In this document: positions 47,102 through 57,013 of the stretch, piece by piece
Position numbering within the stretch: the first letter of the stretch is position 1
Layout: the number at the start of each line of letters is the position of its first letter
Virus record (IMG/VR): IMGVR_UViG_3300021180_000012
Coordinates: 1 to 61,718 of that record
Reading direction: 5' to 3' (one strand)
DNA from: a virus
Taxonomy: Duplodnaviria > Caudoviricetes
DNA: 61,718 bases
The notes under the pieces: generated by a model
The model's input: only the letters and a program-made list of their open reading frames with translations
What the model was told of the DNA's origin: nothing
Database searches by the model: none
Translations under genes and position numbers: made by a program

Positions 47102-47332
47102 CTATCTTCGGCCTCTTGGACGATCGAGCAAAGCTTTCTCGATTAGGTTGTTAGCCTTGTCGAAAATGATTGCCCAATCCCGCCAATACGAACCTCTCGG
47201 CGCTGCTTCAAGTTCCCACGGAGTGCAATTGAGAACCTGACAGGCTTTGATTATTCCGTACTCTCGGCAGTATCGTCCGTTGATACCTTTCGTGAGATAG
47301 AACTTCGCAATTTCTTTCTCACTTCCAAAGGG
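47102..47332 (-). CDS. -1 frameshift extension of the tail assembly chaperone (gpGT-like)
   Basis: Slippery C CCT TTG at 47332-47326; the -1 frame is open to TAG at 47102 (...LNCTPWEL...). Confidence 0.75.
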   Translation of the reverse strand, partial: PFGSEKEIAKFYLTKGINGRYCREYGIIKACQVLNCTPWELEAAPRGSYWRDWAIIFDKANNLIEKALLDRPRGRR

Positions 47333-47784
47333 GGCCGGTTCATATCATTGAAGCGCTCAATGATCCTCCATAGGACGCCAGCGTCCACACCGGCCGCGAT
47401 GATGGCCTCGACCTCAATCGGGATCGGGTTGCCATCGTTCGTCAGGTCCCAATCCGAGACGTACATCTCGCACTGTGTTGCGGCCCGTCGAAGCGTGGTC
47501 ATCTCGGGGCTGTTGTTCAGGTTGGCGAGAAGATCTTCGTTCTTCGGATTGAGGGTGTTCTTCCAGAAGTAGCAGTAGCAGAACGGATCGGCCTCGCGCT
47601 GCTGCCGCTCATCCTCTTCGCCCACATCGTTTATGTACGGCTCCATGATAAGCTCGCCGTCGTCGCCGCGAGCCTCCGTGTCGAGGTAGATAGGTACGGG
47701 TCCTACCTTCTCGACTGCGCGAGCCTTGACATCCCCGCGATTGTGCTTCGGGAATACCATAGTTGGTTTTGACTGTGTTTTCAT
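47251..47784 (-). CDS. Tail assembly chaperone (gpG-like)
   Basis: Between major tail and TMP; V.DWDL motif. Confidence 0.8.
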   Translation of the reverse strand: MKTQSKPTMVFPKHNRGDVKARAVEKVGPVPIYLDTEARGDDGELIMEPYINDVGEEDERQQREADPFCYCYFWKNTLNPKNEDLLANLNNSPEMTTLRRAATQCEMYVSDWDLTNDGNPIPIEVEAIIAAGVDAGVLWRIIERFNDMNRPPLEVRKKLRSSISRKVSTDDTAESTE

Positions 47785-47873
47785 TGGTTGCCCCTAATGT
47801 TACCTTTCATGGATAAAGACCACCCCCACAAGGTCTGTGAGGGTGGCCCGACTACTCTCTGGGAAGAGAGGTA

Positions 47874-48875
47874 TTACAGTGTTGCGAGACCACAGATGAC
47901 TTCGAGGTTGATGTCGTTGTTGGTCGTGTCCTCGCCGGTGTAGAAGTCGTAAGACCCTGCGAACAGTTCGTCGCTGTCGGTCTCGTCCTCGTTGCTCGTG
48001 AACAGTGAGAACCCATACTTGATCGAGTTGTACGTGTTCGGGGAACCCGATGCCAGGATAGGGCCGGTAGCCTGTAGCTGTAAGTAGCTCTGCGTGCTTG
48101 CTTCCAGGTTGTTGAGGAAGTAATCGCTCTCCGTACCCTCAGCGACTATTAGCTTGCAAGAGCAATCCGGGATCTTCTCAAGGATGCCGCCGATGCTGCT
48201 TGTGGCGTCGTCGATGAAGATCTGCGAGCGGTACTTCGCCTTGACGGAGAGTTCGATATCCTTCGCCGTCAGCAGCTTACCGCCTGACAGACCCGCATAG
48301 GTAGTCGCGTAGTTTACGCGGCAGTCCAGCATGTTGACCAGGACCGGCGAAATCATCGTCGGGCTGCTGGTCATTGTGATCGGCTTCGTTGGGTACTGCC
48401 CGAACCCTGCACAGTCGTAGTCAGCCATTGAGTCGCTGATATGGATTGTGAGGTCCGTCATTGTGCCGAAACCGAACTTGCTGTTCTCACCCTGGTTGTT
48501 GCCGTACTCAAACGAGATCGTTTGCGGCGTGTCAACCGTTGTCGGGAGCATTGCGTACGTGTACTTGTACGCACCGGTCGCAGGGTTTGTCGGTGCAGCC
48601 CCTGATGCGGCGTTGAAGAGAAAAGCCCCAAAGTACGCCATGATGTTGTAGCCGAGAGCGCCGGTCATCTTCCATTCCGACCAGCGCTTGCCTCGCTGCT
48701 GTCCGATAGCCGACTTGTGGCCCTCAGCGTCTGCCTTCTTGACGTTGTTCTGACGCTTGTTGGTGAAGGTGGCGTTCTTGAACGCCTTGTTAGCCGCTAC
48801 GATGGTCCCACCTGTGGTCTCAAGTCCAAACTGAAACCCACGTAGCTTCTTACCGATAAGCATGTTTGTTGCCAT
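47874..48875 (-). CDS. Major tail tube protein
   Basis: QFGLETT.GT N-terminus; position; AGGAG RBS. Confidence 0.85.
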   Translation of the reverse strand: MATNMLIGKKLRGFQFGLETTGGTIVAANKAFKNATFTNKRQNNVKKADAEGHKSAIGQQRGKRWSEWKMTGALGYNIMAYFGAFLFNAASGAAPTNPATGAYKYTYAMLPTTVDTPQTISFEYGNNQGENSKFGFGTMTDLTIHISDSMADYDCAGFGQYPTKPITMTSSPTMISPVLVNMLDCRVNYATTYAGLSGGKLLTAKDIELSVKAKYRSQIFIDDATSSIGGILEKIPDCSCKLIVAEGTESDYFLNNLEASTQSYLQLQATGPILASGSPNTYNSIKYGFSLFTSNEDETDSDELFAGSYDFYTGEDTTNNDINLEVICGLATL

Positions 48876-48919
48876 CGATCCAAGTTCTCCTGTTCTTAGA
48901 GGTTGATAGCTGCTTTGGG

Positions 48920-50755
48920 CTACGTGGTAGTAATGGTGCTACCAGGGCCGGTCAGCGGACTTTCGAGCGTTAAGCCGCCCAAAGTGGCTACGGTCGCCAC
49001 ATAGTAGTTGTACGTCATACCTGACACCATCGAGTTGTCATCGAATGACGTTGTACCCCACGCTACGTACGCGAATGGCTGCGCGTTTTTGCGTTGAGCT
49101 ACCCCGTTGTGGCTTGTCGAGTTAAGCCGGTAGATGTTGTAGCCGAGGAATGGGCCACCGGACGGTGCAGTCCACGCCACAGTCACCTTAGTACCTACCT
49201 GAGTGTTTGTCACTCCGGTTGGCGGTGGGCTACCTACGTACTCAGCCCCCGAGGTGCTTGTGTTGGGGCCTTCGTTGCCAGCGCTGTTGATGCTGCTGAC
49301 TTCGTAGTAGTATGTATTGCCGTTCGTAGCCGTTGCATCCACAAACGTCTGCCCTACGAATGCAGCGCCAGCGCCTAGCGTGGTGTACGTACCGCCGATC
49401 GTTGCCGACCGCTTAACATTCACTGATACAGCACCGGTTGCGTTTGTCCACGTCAACGACACCTGGTTGTTACCGGGCGTAGCTACTAGGCTAGTTGGTG
49501 CTGCCGGTGGGGTCAGTGAGACACCCGTACCCTGCGCTGAGTTTGCCGACGCACCGGAACCGTTGGTGGCCTGAACCACGTAGTAGTAGTTCGTATTGGC
49601 GGCTAACCCGGTGTTGTCGGTGAAGCTGTTAGTAGCGCTGGTACCTATCTGCGAGTACCCCGATCCATTCGTGGTTGATCGAAGGATGTTGTACCCCGTC
49701 GCGCCCGTGGTCGATGTCCACGCTAACGACAGGTTCGCAGAGTTTGCTACGGCTGATGCTACCAACCCGGTCGGTGCGTTGCACAGTGTACGGATCGTCG
49801 CGGTTGCAGGACCATTTGTGGTACCGTTCGCATTGACCATCTGTGTACGTGCAATGTAGTCCGTACCGGCTGTCAGCCCCGTTAGGCTGTTCATGCTAGA
49901 TGCAGTAGCGCCCGTTAGGGTAGTTACGACAGAAGCAAACGTGGTGTCAGCGGCTGTGGTAACTTGGATGTTGCACGACGTAGCACCCGAGGTAAGCGCA
50001 CCGGGGTTGAACTGGATGCTAGTCGTAGCTACGGTACCAGCGGTAGGAGCGGCAGGAGCGGTCGGAGCAGACGCACCGACAAGGGCTACAGTCATTGCGA
50101 TGCCGGGGTTAGGTGTACCGCCCTCCGAAGTCCATCCGGGGGTTACAACAGTACCCGAACTTGAGGTTACAGCGTTTGCGTACTCAAGAGCAAGCACACC
50201 ATAGGTGCCAATAGCACCGGTACTGGCTGCGTCTAGGGTGTAACCTGCCCCTGCTGCCGGGGATGCAACCGGACCAGCGAAGAAGAATACCGACGATGCT
50301 ACGAAGTCGTTAGCCGCCCCGGTAGTTACAGACGGAGAACTTCCATTCTGTGCGTGCTGAACTGCTGAGGTAGGGGTCTCATTCGCTGTGGCATTCTGGA
50401 AACCCTGAACACGCATCACCCACTGTGAGGTGTTGGTGGGCATTGACGATATTGTTATGGTACCTGCCGCGAGAGCACCACCGGACCATGTGGTAGCCCA
50501 CAAGTCCATAGTGTATGTGCCATCAGCCTGGGTCTTGATCTTTGTCCAGCCGCCATTGTTGACAGTACCGCCGGTAAACCCGCTAGCACTTGGCGCTGTA
50601 GACCCGGACGCAGCCGCTGAGGAGTTGTTGTTCACGACCCATACAAGTAGCACGCCAGACGTTCCCGACATGGCGATGCTTCCGATGTTTCCTGAACCTG
50701 TACCAGATACAGCACTTACCATGCCGTATCCGTGGTCAAAGGCAACGTTAGACAT
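48920..50755 (-). CDS. Virion protein with about four fibronectin type III domains
   Basis: AP..L.A...L.W....GA.GYNI.RS...F.D...YYY.V.A.N..G.S repeats. Confidence 0.88.
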   Translation of the reverse strand: MSNVAFDHGYGMVSAVSGTGSGNIGSIAMSGTSGVLLVWVVNNNSSAAASGSTAPSASGFTGGTVNNGGWTKIKTQADGTYTMDLWATTWSGGALAAGTITISSMPTNTSQWVMRVQGFQNATANETPTSAVQHAQNGSSPSVTTGAANDFVASSVFFFAGPVASPAAGAGYTLDAASTGAIGTYGVLALEYANAVTSSSGTVVTPGWTSEGGTPNPGIAMTVALVGASAPTAPAAPTAGTVATTSIQFNPGALTSGATSCNIQVTTAADTTFASVVTTLTGATASSMNSLTGLTAGTDYIARTQMVNANGTTNGPATATIRTLCNAPTGLVASAVANSANLSLAWTSTTGATGYNILRSTTNGSGYSQIGTSATNSFTDNTGLAANTNYYYVVQATNGSGASANSAQGTGVSLTPPAAPTSLVATPGNNQVSLTWTNATGAVSVNVKRSATIGGTYTTLGAGAAFVGQTFVDATATNGNTYYYEVSSINSAGNEGPNTSTSGAEYVGSPPPTGVTNTQVGTKVTVAWTAPSGGPFLGYNIYRLNSTSHNGVAQRKNAQPFAYVAWGTTSFDDNSMVSGMTYNYYVATVATLGGLTLESPLTGPGSTITTT

Positions 50756-50769
50756 CTATAGGCTCCTTC

Positions 50770-51249
50770 CTACATTAAGTAGTAGCAGATTTCGTAATCT
50801 CCACCGAGATGACAGTAGTTAACAGCGTCTGCGAAAGTCGGATACTTGATCGGATTTTTACGGACGATGGACATTATCATCAGTTGAACTGTGTCATCAT
50901 CAGGGTCTATCCACACCTGCTGAGACTTCGGCCTACCGGCGCTCGGGTCGATCTGGTTCTGCCAATCGAATAGACGATCAATTGTGTTCGCCATGTCTGC
51001 GAGTAGGCTAAAGTCGCTGCCCTCGACCACGCCCTTTATCTGGTAAACCCCCTCACTGTAAAATCGGTACCCAAAGTTTCCTCTGTAGTCCGTGCTATGT
51101 ATCATCCTAAAGACACCCATAGGGGCTGTAACGCTAGTTCCTTCCGGTATGTTCTCCTCTCGGAAATTGGTACCGTAAGTCGCTGCCCAGTGAGTGTCAT
51201 CAATGCATTGGTGATAGATATACTTCGCCAATGTACTTAGCTCATTCAC
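50770..51249 (-). CDS. Tail terminator (DUF3168-like)
   Basis: Position; H.GG.Y C-terminus. Confidence 0.7.
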   Translation of the reverse strand: MNELSTLAKYIYHQCIDDTHWAATYGTNFREENIPEGTSVTAPMGVFRMIHSTDYRGNFGYRFYSEGVYQIKGVVEGSDFSLLADMANTIDRLFDWQNQIDPSAGRPKSQQVWIDPDDDTVQLMIMSIVRKNPIKYPTFADAVNYCHLGGDYEICYYLM

Positions 51250-51251
51250 TG

Positions 51252-51740
51252 CTACCTCCTTGTAATCTTGCCTTTAACAGATAGGCCGTCCATAGCCTTC
51301 CTGATTTTGTCTGTCAGCGTCCGCTTGTTGTCCATAACAGCGGGAGTTATGAAAGGCTGTGGGTTGGTCGCACTGTTCTCAATGTTGTTGCCGTACGCAA
51401 CCCCGCATATGACCCATGCTTCATCAGGGTCCTCGGGTCGCGTCTCCTCGATCATGTCCAACGTCTCGTTGGGTCCTATGCGGCGACCTTTGGGCGTCTT
51501 TCCGCTAGACCGGGCTGAGTTGAACTTGCTCTCGGCATTGCTTCGACATTGATTATAGTCAGAGCTAGCAGTGGTTGTTACGTATATGCTCTCAGCAAGG
51601 GCCTCCGTATCTCGTGGCGCTCGTGCCTTAGCATCCTCTCTGATTATCTCAGCGGTCTCGTACACTGCGGTCCTGATGGCCGTTTTGAGCTTAGCCCTCA
51701 TCTTCGTTAGACCATCGAGGTTGAGGGTTGTTCGGCTCAT
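51252..51740 (-). CDS. HK97 gp10-like tail completion protein
   Basis: AKARAPRDT.AL..SI; QPFITPA. Confidence 0.85.
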   Translation of the reverse strand: MSRTTLNLDGLTKMRAKLKTAIRTAVYETAEIIREDAKARAPRDTEALAESIYVTTTASSDYNQCRSNAESKFNSARSSGKTPKGRRIGPNETLDMIEETRPEDPDEAWVICGVAYGNNIENSATNPQPFITPAVMDNKRTLTDKIRKAMDGLSVKGKITRR

Positions 51741-52138
51741 ATTACAACCTCCACAAGCAAGGCGATGTCGGTCTCGTCTGTCTCAAGCGTGTTATCGAGC
51801 ACACGGTAGGTTATAGCAGTCCCTGATGGGTTGCCTCCTACTACCGAGACCTGATCGCCTATCGCTATTGCATAGGTCTTGGGTATGTAGATGGTACGCT
51901 CGATACGGTCAACGTCGATGTTGTCTTTCGAACGCTGAGGATACGGGCCATTGACTTCATCGTCGACCCTGCACGGTATACCAGTCCCTGCGACTGTCAA
52001 GGATACGCGGTCGCCGCCCTGTCCATTCGAGACCTTGCTCTGCCGGTACCAAGTCAAGGTATCATCGAATGAGAGCATGTTTAGCGCAGCCATGTCCGCG
52101 AGGAACCCTTCGGACCAGAAGCTGCTCATAGCTACCAC
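51737..52138 (-). CDS. Head closure/stopper protein
   Basis: GQGG...IPCR...I..GD.V...Y.V; position. Confidence 0.7.
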   Translation of the reverse strand: MVAMSSFWSEGFLADMAALNMLSFDDTLTWYRQSKVSNGQGGDRVSLTVAGTGIPCRVDDEVNGPYPQRSKDNIDVDRIERTIYIPKTYAIAIGDQVSVVGGNPSGTAITYRVLDNTLETDETDIALLVEVVI

Positions 52139-52935
52139 CCCCAGGTATCTTCTTGGTTGCCGTCAGGCGACCAGGGACCATTTCTGTACCCGTCGTAGCC
52201 CTGCATAGACCCTACGACCCATTCACCCTTCGGATGCAGGTTGCCGAATGCGTAATCACCTCGGGTCATTATTTCGTCACCCGAGCGATCCATTGCAGCG
52301 GCTCCCGCAATCTCTGGGATAAGGCTCTCCAATATAGACATGCCACGTTCCCACCACTGCTGCTCTAATGGGTAGCCAGCCTTTGCGCCCGATGTGCTGA
52401 ACTGGGTTGTAGTGGTGCCTTTTTTGTACAGGATGATTTCGCCGGTCGGACGTTTGCCGCCGATGTAGGGACGGAGCACAGAGGCTACTAGAAGAGACAT
52501 GCCCTGGTCTATCCCGGCCTGGTACGAAGTATTCAACGTGTAGTAGTCATTGATGGTCGCAAAGGTTTTGATCCATGTGTACACGTTGAAAAACTCGAAG
52601 TCGATCTTGGCATCGGGGAGAGAGGTAGGTGTCAAACCTAGCAAAGTCCTGATATTATCATAGACTGCTGTCCAGACAACCCAGAACTGAAATGGATACG
52701 AAAGCTGTACGGAACTGACAGTTGGTTGCCAGATACCTTTGTGTAAGCCACCGATAACCGGTGTGTACATTGCAGCGAGTAGCTGAGGATTAGCCGACCC
52801 TCCGGGGGTGACAGTGACCGCAGCATTGTTGACGACGCCATCCGGCCTCGTAATGTTGAGGTTAGCGCTGCTCACGGTAAACGCTGATCCGAGATCGAGC
52901 GAGTACGTCATGCGCTGGCTCATCGTAGCTTGCAT
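52132..52935 (-). CDS. Head-tail adaptor with N-terminal Ig-like domain
   Basis: Position; IRTLLG...LPD..I motif. Confidence 0.65.
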   Translation of the reverse strand: MQATMSQRMTYSLDLGSAFTVSSANLNITRPDGVVNNAAVTVTPGGSANPQLLAAMYTPVIGGLHKGIWQPTVSSVQLSYPFQFWVVWTAVYDNIRTLLGLTPTSLPDAKIDFEFFNVYTWIKTFATINDYYTLNTSYQAGIDQGMSLLVASVLRPYIGGKRPTGEIILYKKGTTTTQFSTSGAKAGYPLEQQWWERGMSILESLIPEIAGAAAMDRSGDEIMTRGDYAFGNLHPKGEWVVGSMQGYDGYRNGPWSPDGNQEDTWGW

Positions 52936-52968
52936 TGTCTACCCCCAGAAAGTGTCAGCGACTGAGAA

Positions 52969-53325
52969 CTAGCCGTACAGACTGTCCTCACTGTCGTATT
53001 TGTCGGGATCGATGACCCGACCGTTCTCGTCGATCGGACGGCCCTTATGGTTGACGACAGTGCCTTCGAGGGTCTGAATTGCGGCTCCTCGATGCGGCGA
53101 CTTGTCGTACTGCGGTCGTCCATCGACGCCAACAGTCCCTGAGTGCGGTACATCCCAGTCATCCTTCGGGTCGTAGCCACCGACCTGTAGGAGCCGTTCA
53201 AGGCCGCGAAGCGCTTTGGCCGGTCTGCGAAACCGAACGCTCGTTGGAGACGACGGCATCGGAGACTGACCGTCATCCTGTGTTTCGTCAGGGCTTGTCG
53301 ATCCCTGTTGGGCTTTTGCTGCCAT
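52969..53325 (-). CDS. Hypothetical protein after the major capsid gene
   Basis: AAGGA RBS; VNHKGRPIDENG. Confidence 0.75.
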   Translation of the reverse strand: MAAKAQQGSTSPDETQDDGQSPMPSSPTSVRFRRPAKALRGLERLLQVGGYDPKDDWDVPHSGTVGVDGRPQYDKSPHRGAAIQTLEGTVVNHKGRPIDENGRVIDPDKYDSEDSLYG

Positions 53326-53409
53326 GTAAGTTTCCTTATCTCTCTGGAAATGAGATTGGCCCCGTTACCCCTAGCAGGGCCTATCTCGTAGAGGTTAAGT
53401 AGGTAACGG

Positions 53410-54528
53410 TTAGCTGCCGATCGCAGGGATCGTGGGCTGCACGTACTTGCTTCCGTCGCCGCCGATGTAGCCGACAGCGCCGTTCGCTCGATTGTATACC
53501 GACATGCCGAACTCGCGCTCGTAGCCGCGTGCCCGCAAAGGATGACGCTCGTCCTCGTAGGTGATAACGAAGTCTCCCGCGCCATCGAGAGCGTTGCCTC
53601 CGTCGGGCTGGTCGCCACGGATACGCATTGCCACCGGCTTGTCGGGACCGTTCGCCATGTATGCGAACACGTAGTTCGCGATCATCCACGGCTTGACCCA
53701 AACCTGCGCACCACGGAACCATCCGATCTGCCGGTTGTACAGCTTGAGCGGATCGATGTTGCCGACGCCGTATTCCTGCGTCTCCGAGAGCCGGGTCTGA
53801 ACGTATGTGAGCGGCTTGAAGTCCTCAAGGGCCTCCACGTTGCTCTCATCCGCTCGGTTGATGACTATCATCGGCTGACCTTCATTGAAGTGCTCGATGA
53901 CGGTCTCCAACAGACCCTGCAACCAAGAGTTTGTCCACACAGCGGTTGCGAGGTAGTGAGTGTGGGTGTGCGGGTCGAATGTCTCGCCGTTGGGTCCCGG
54001 CGGGATCACTGCACCATCAGCGTTTAACAGCGCCTTGAGGGGGATCGGCAACATACTGGATACCTGGTCGACCCGGTAGTCCACGAAGTTGCTGTTGACC
54101 CCCATGAAGATTGCCATCTTGAACTCACGGAGCATGTTCTGGATGTCGCCCGTCATCAGGTTCTGGATCTGGGCGGCGAACTCGTTGGTTCGGCGGTTGA
54201 GAACGTACAGACGGTTCCAGCCGAGAGCTTCACCCCATGCATGAAGCGGGAAGCCGACCGGCGAACCCTGTAGGGTTTTCTGCACGTTCGGCGTACCCAT
54301 TTCGTCCATGCGCTGCGGTCGGGACTTACCGCCGCCACCATAGCGAAGCATACGCTGTGTAGTCTTGTATACGAGATCGCCCATTACCTGGTCGACCTGT
54401 CGGTTCCATGCGTTCAGAGCGCTTGCGATCCCATCCCATGCGCGATCTTCCCCAAATTGCGCAATGGTCTGCGTGTTCGCTTTAAGGGTCTGAAACGATG
54501 TTAGTGTGCCAAACGTTGTTAAGGCCAT
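53410..54528 (-). CDS. Major capsid protein (HK97 fold)
   Basis: Size, position, high GC3; C-terminal REFG.SV.NR..G.V. Confidence 0.88.
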   Translation of the reverse strand: MALTTFGTLTSFQTLKANTQTIAQFGEDRAWDGIASALNAWNRQVDQVMGDLVYKTTQRMLRYGGGGKSRPQRMDEMGTPNVQKTLQGSPVGFPLHAWGEALGWNRLYVLNRRTNEFAAQIQNLMTGDIQNMLREFKMAIFMGVNSNFVDYRVDQVSSMLPIPLKALLNADGAVIPPGPNGETFDPHTHTHYLATAVWTNSWLQGLLETVIEHFNEGQPMIVINRADESNVEALEDFKPLTYVQTRLSETQEYGVGNIDPLKLYNRQIGWFRGAQVWVKPWMIANYVFAYMANGPDKPVAMRIRGDQPDGGNALDGAGDFVITYEDERHPLRARGYEREFGMSVYNRANGAVGYIGGDGSKYVQPTIPAIGS

Positions 54529-54596
54529 CGTCGATGTTACCTATACCTTCCTTAACCTCTACGGGTTATCAGTCTATGAGTAGCCGGGGTGAGCTA

Positions 54597-55379
54597 CTAA
54601 TTGATAGCGAACACGTAGAGCCGTTCGCTGTCCATCGCCATCGCGATCGGTTTCTGTCCGGTCAGTGTCGATGTGTCGGTGATGCCACCCGGAACAGTGG
54701 ATGACAGGTAGTAGTCGGTTCCCGGTACAAGCAACTGATCGCTGTAGCCGAAAATGACGGCATCGTACAGTGTAATCGGGTTGCCCTTGCGCACCTTGAT
54801 TGGTGCCCATCCGCGAACGCGGCTCTGCTTCTGCTCAGCGCCGGATGCGCCGACCGGCTGACCGACCGTTGTGTGCGTGATCTGCAACGGCAGGATTGTC
54901 GAAGGCTGAGCAGTGTTGAACAGTGACGACTGAACGCCGATCTGCTCAAGCTCCTTGCCAGCGAAGCTACCAGCGGCTGTGAACACGAAGTTCGGGAAGT
55001 TCCCGCTCACCGTCCAGGTCCCGGCCCCGGTTGTTGCCAGACCGGTAATGGCTGTCTGGACATCGGCGTTCGTGTTTGCCACCGTCAAAGGCGCTGTGAA
55101 CGCTCCGAGGTAGCTCAGTGTATACGAACCGTCGTTTGCCAGACCGTTCGGCTGTTCCGGTTGGCTCATCGTCTGAACGTCGTTAACAGCCGCTGTGGTG
55201 CCGGTCTGATCTTCGAGTGCACGCATGACGCGCGAACCCGCTGCCGTATTCATGATATAGCAAGCATCGGCTGCCTGAATGTCCTCACCGGCGATGAGGT
55301 CAGGGCCGATCATGTGGTTGGTCGAGGGCGTCGGTGTCGCCAACGAAGCCCCACCCGCAGACTTTACGATCTCTGCCAT
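54597..55379 (-). CDS. Capsid decoration protein with an inserted beta-sandwich domain
   Basis: AGEDI...DACYI...L.PG..YYLS...GG motif split by an NDVQT...GSYTLSY.G insert. Confidence 0.75.
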   Translation of the reverse strand: MAEIVKSAGGASLATPTPSTNHMIGPDLIAGEDIQAADACYIMNTAAGSRVMRALEDQTGTTAAVNDVQTMSQPEQPNGLANDGSYTLSYLGAFTAPLTVANTNADVQTAITGLATTGAGTWTVSGNFPNFVFTAAGSFAGKELEQIGVQSSLFNTAQPSTILPLQITHTTVGQPVGASGAEQKQSRVRGWAPIKVRKGNPITLYDAVIFGYSDQLLVPGTDYYLSSTVPGGITDTSTLTGQKPIAMAMDSERLYVFAIN

Positions 55380-55435
55380 GTAGTTGTCCTTCCTTTGCAG
55401 GTAGATTTTGAGGCGTTAGCCTCTGTTGGTCGGCA

Positions 55436-56107
55436 TTAGACCATGCTGGATGCGAAGCTGACCGCATCTTTCGCGGACTTCTCCTGTTCCTCCTTGGTGC
55501 CTTTGCCCTGGTTGCCCCCTTCCATGTTGGGACCCTGCGGAGTGGGCATTCCCTTCGCAAGTGAAGCGGCGTCGGCTTCCCACTCGGCTTCATTGGTCCC
55601 TAACATACGCTGATGCCAGCCGTCGGGAAGCTTGTGTTTGGCGGCAATCCGCATCTTCGTGGCCTCATCCTTTGTGGCCTGGGCCTCGGCTTTGACGCGG
55701 TTGGCTTCGTCGATTGCCGCTTGCTTCTCTTCGTTTGCGAGCCGTAGGGTTTCGGCAGTGTTGCCCTCTTCCTCGGCCTTCTTCTTCGCCGCCGCTCGAT
55801 CCGCAGCAGCCTTTTCCTTCTTCTGCTGATCGGCAAACTCCAACTTGGCTTTGGCGACCGCTTCCTCGGTAGCTTTGGCCGTAGCCTCTGCTATCTTGGC
55901 ATCGAGCGCGGCCTTCCCCTTCTCGTCGAGACCGGCGAGCGGGTCTGTGTCGCCGCCGCCAGCGCCTCCACCGGTGCCGGAACCATCGCCTGTTCCACCG
56001 CCGCCTTCGCCACCGCCCCCGCCAGCACCACCAGAGCCTCCACCGTCCTCGGGCTTGCGGTAGATGCCATAGTTACAGTCACCGATACCTGTTCGAAAGT
56101 GTCTCAT
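55436..56107 (-). CDS. Scaffolding protein
   Basis: Gly-rich N-terminus, Ala/Glu/Lys coiled coil, L.G....E.EADA. Confidence 0.85.
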   Translation of the reverse strand: MRHFRTGIGDCNYGIYRKPEDGGGSGGAGGGGGEGGGGTGDGSGTGGGAGGGDTDPLAGLDEKGKAALDAKIAEATAKATEEAVAKAKLEFADQQKKEKAAADRAAAKKKAEEEGNTAETLRLANEEKQAAIDEANRVKAEAQATKDEATKMRIAAKHKLPDGWHQRMLGTNEAEWEADAASLAKGMPTPQGPNMEGGNQGKGTKEEQEKSAKDAVSFASSMV

Positions 56108-56120
56108 TGTCTTTGCTCCT

Positions 56121-56759
56121 TTAATCGATCGCAGACCCTAATTGGTCATTAGGGCCTTCGCGGTAAATAATGGTACAACGGCATCTGCTGACGCAGGATC
56201 GAGCACCCATAGGTATTAAGCTATTGATCGGAACCCAACCTGCCAGTGTCTGTTCAACACAGTCAGGGCAGTGGTCAGACCCTCCGAGCAGGTTTTTCTC
56301 CTCGGTAGACCCCGACTTCACTTCGAGTATCCGGCGCTCGTTCTCGTAGGTAACGCGAGCCGCGTCTGCATATAATGTGGCCCTCACAGCCATTGTGCCA
56401 TTCGACGCCTGTGCGCCAGTGTATATGTCCTCAGCAAAGCCTTGAAGGTAGCCATACTGTTCCGATACGTAGTCGCTGACCCTCCCCCAATCATCCGATG
56501 TCATCTGGTCCCACCCGCCATTCGCGGCGGCTGCGAAAGACATGTGCAGCATCTTGATTTCTGCTGCCATCAGTTCCTGCCACTTGGGTATTGACATCTG
56601 ACTTGATCGTAGGCTATCAGTCCACGACTTCATTCGGTCTGCTGAGTGATCGGTTATGTCATCCAGCATGTTCCGTACAGCTACCCTGCCGATAAACCTT
56701 CCTGTGACATCATCGTGGTAGCGTTTGCTAGCCGTACTGTACGAGAACCGGGGCATCAC
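56121..56759 (-). CDS. Minor head morphogenesis (MuF-like) protein
   Basis: TGRFI; QY.YL.GF; HCPDC...C.SRCRC. Confidence 0.75.
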   Translation of the reverse strand: MMPRFSYSTASKRYHDDVTGRFIGRVAVRNMLDDITDHSADRMKSWTDSLRSSQMSIPKWQELMAAEIKMLHMSFAAAANGGWDQMTSDDWGRVSDYVSEQYGYLQGFAEDIYTGAQASNGTMAVRATLYADAARVTYENERRILEVKSGSTEEKNLLGGSDHCPDCVEQTLAGWVPINSLIPMGARSCVSRCRCTIIYREGPNDQLGSAID

Positions 56760-57013
56760 TTCACCTCCGCGTCAAGGAGGGTCTTTGAGCCTCGTGGAGC
56801 AATGTCCCGGTAGAATTGCTTCGCAGTAACTATGTCCTGGTCATCTATCGAAGCCAAGAACTGTTTATCAGTGTCTGACCACTGTAACGGCCTACCCTTG
56901 CTTACGCGCTTTCGAGACTGCTGCCGGGGAAGGCTTTGTTGGGTTTGGGGTTCTTGGCTGAGGGTCTGTTGGCCCGGTTGGTGTGTCTGTAGGCTGATTA
57001 CCACTACCAGCAC
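56756..57013 (-). CDS. Small hypothetical protein (start uncertain)
   Basis: Fills the gap between portal and MuF-like genes; ATGA coupling. Confidence 0.4.
   Translation of the reverse strand: MLVVVISLQTHQPGQQTLSQEPQTQQSLPRQQSRKRVSKGRPLQWSDTDKQFLASIDDQDIVTAKQFYRDIAPRGSKTLLDAEVK

Noticed and set aside
52920-53722. Alternative minus-strand ORFs 52920..53618 and 53381..53722
   Set aside because: Off-frame overlaps of the capsid gene and 52969..53325, with Arg/Ser-rich shadow composition
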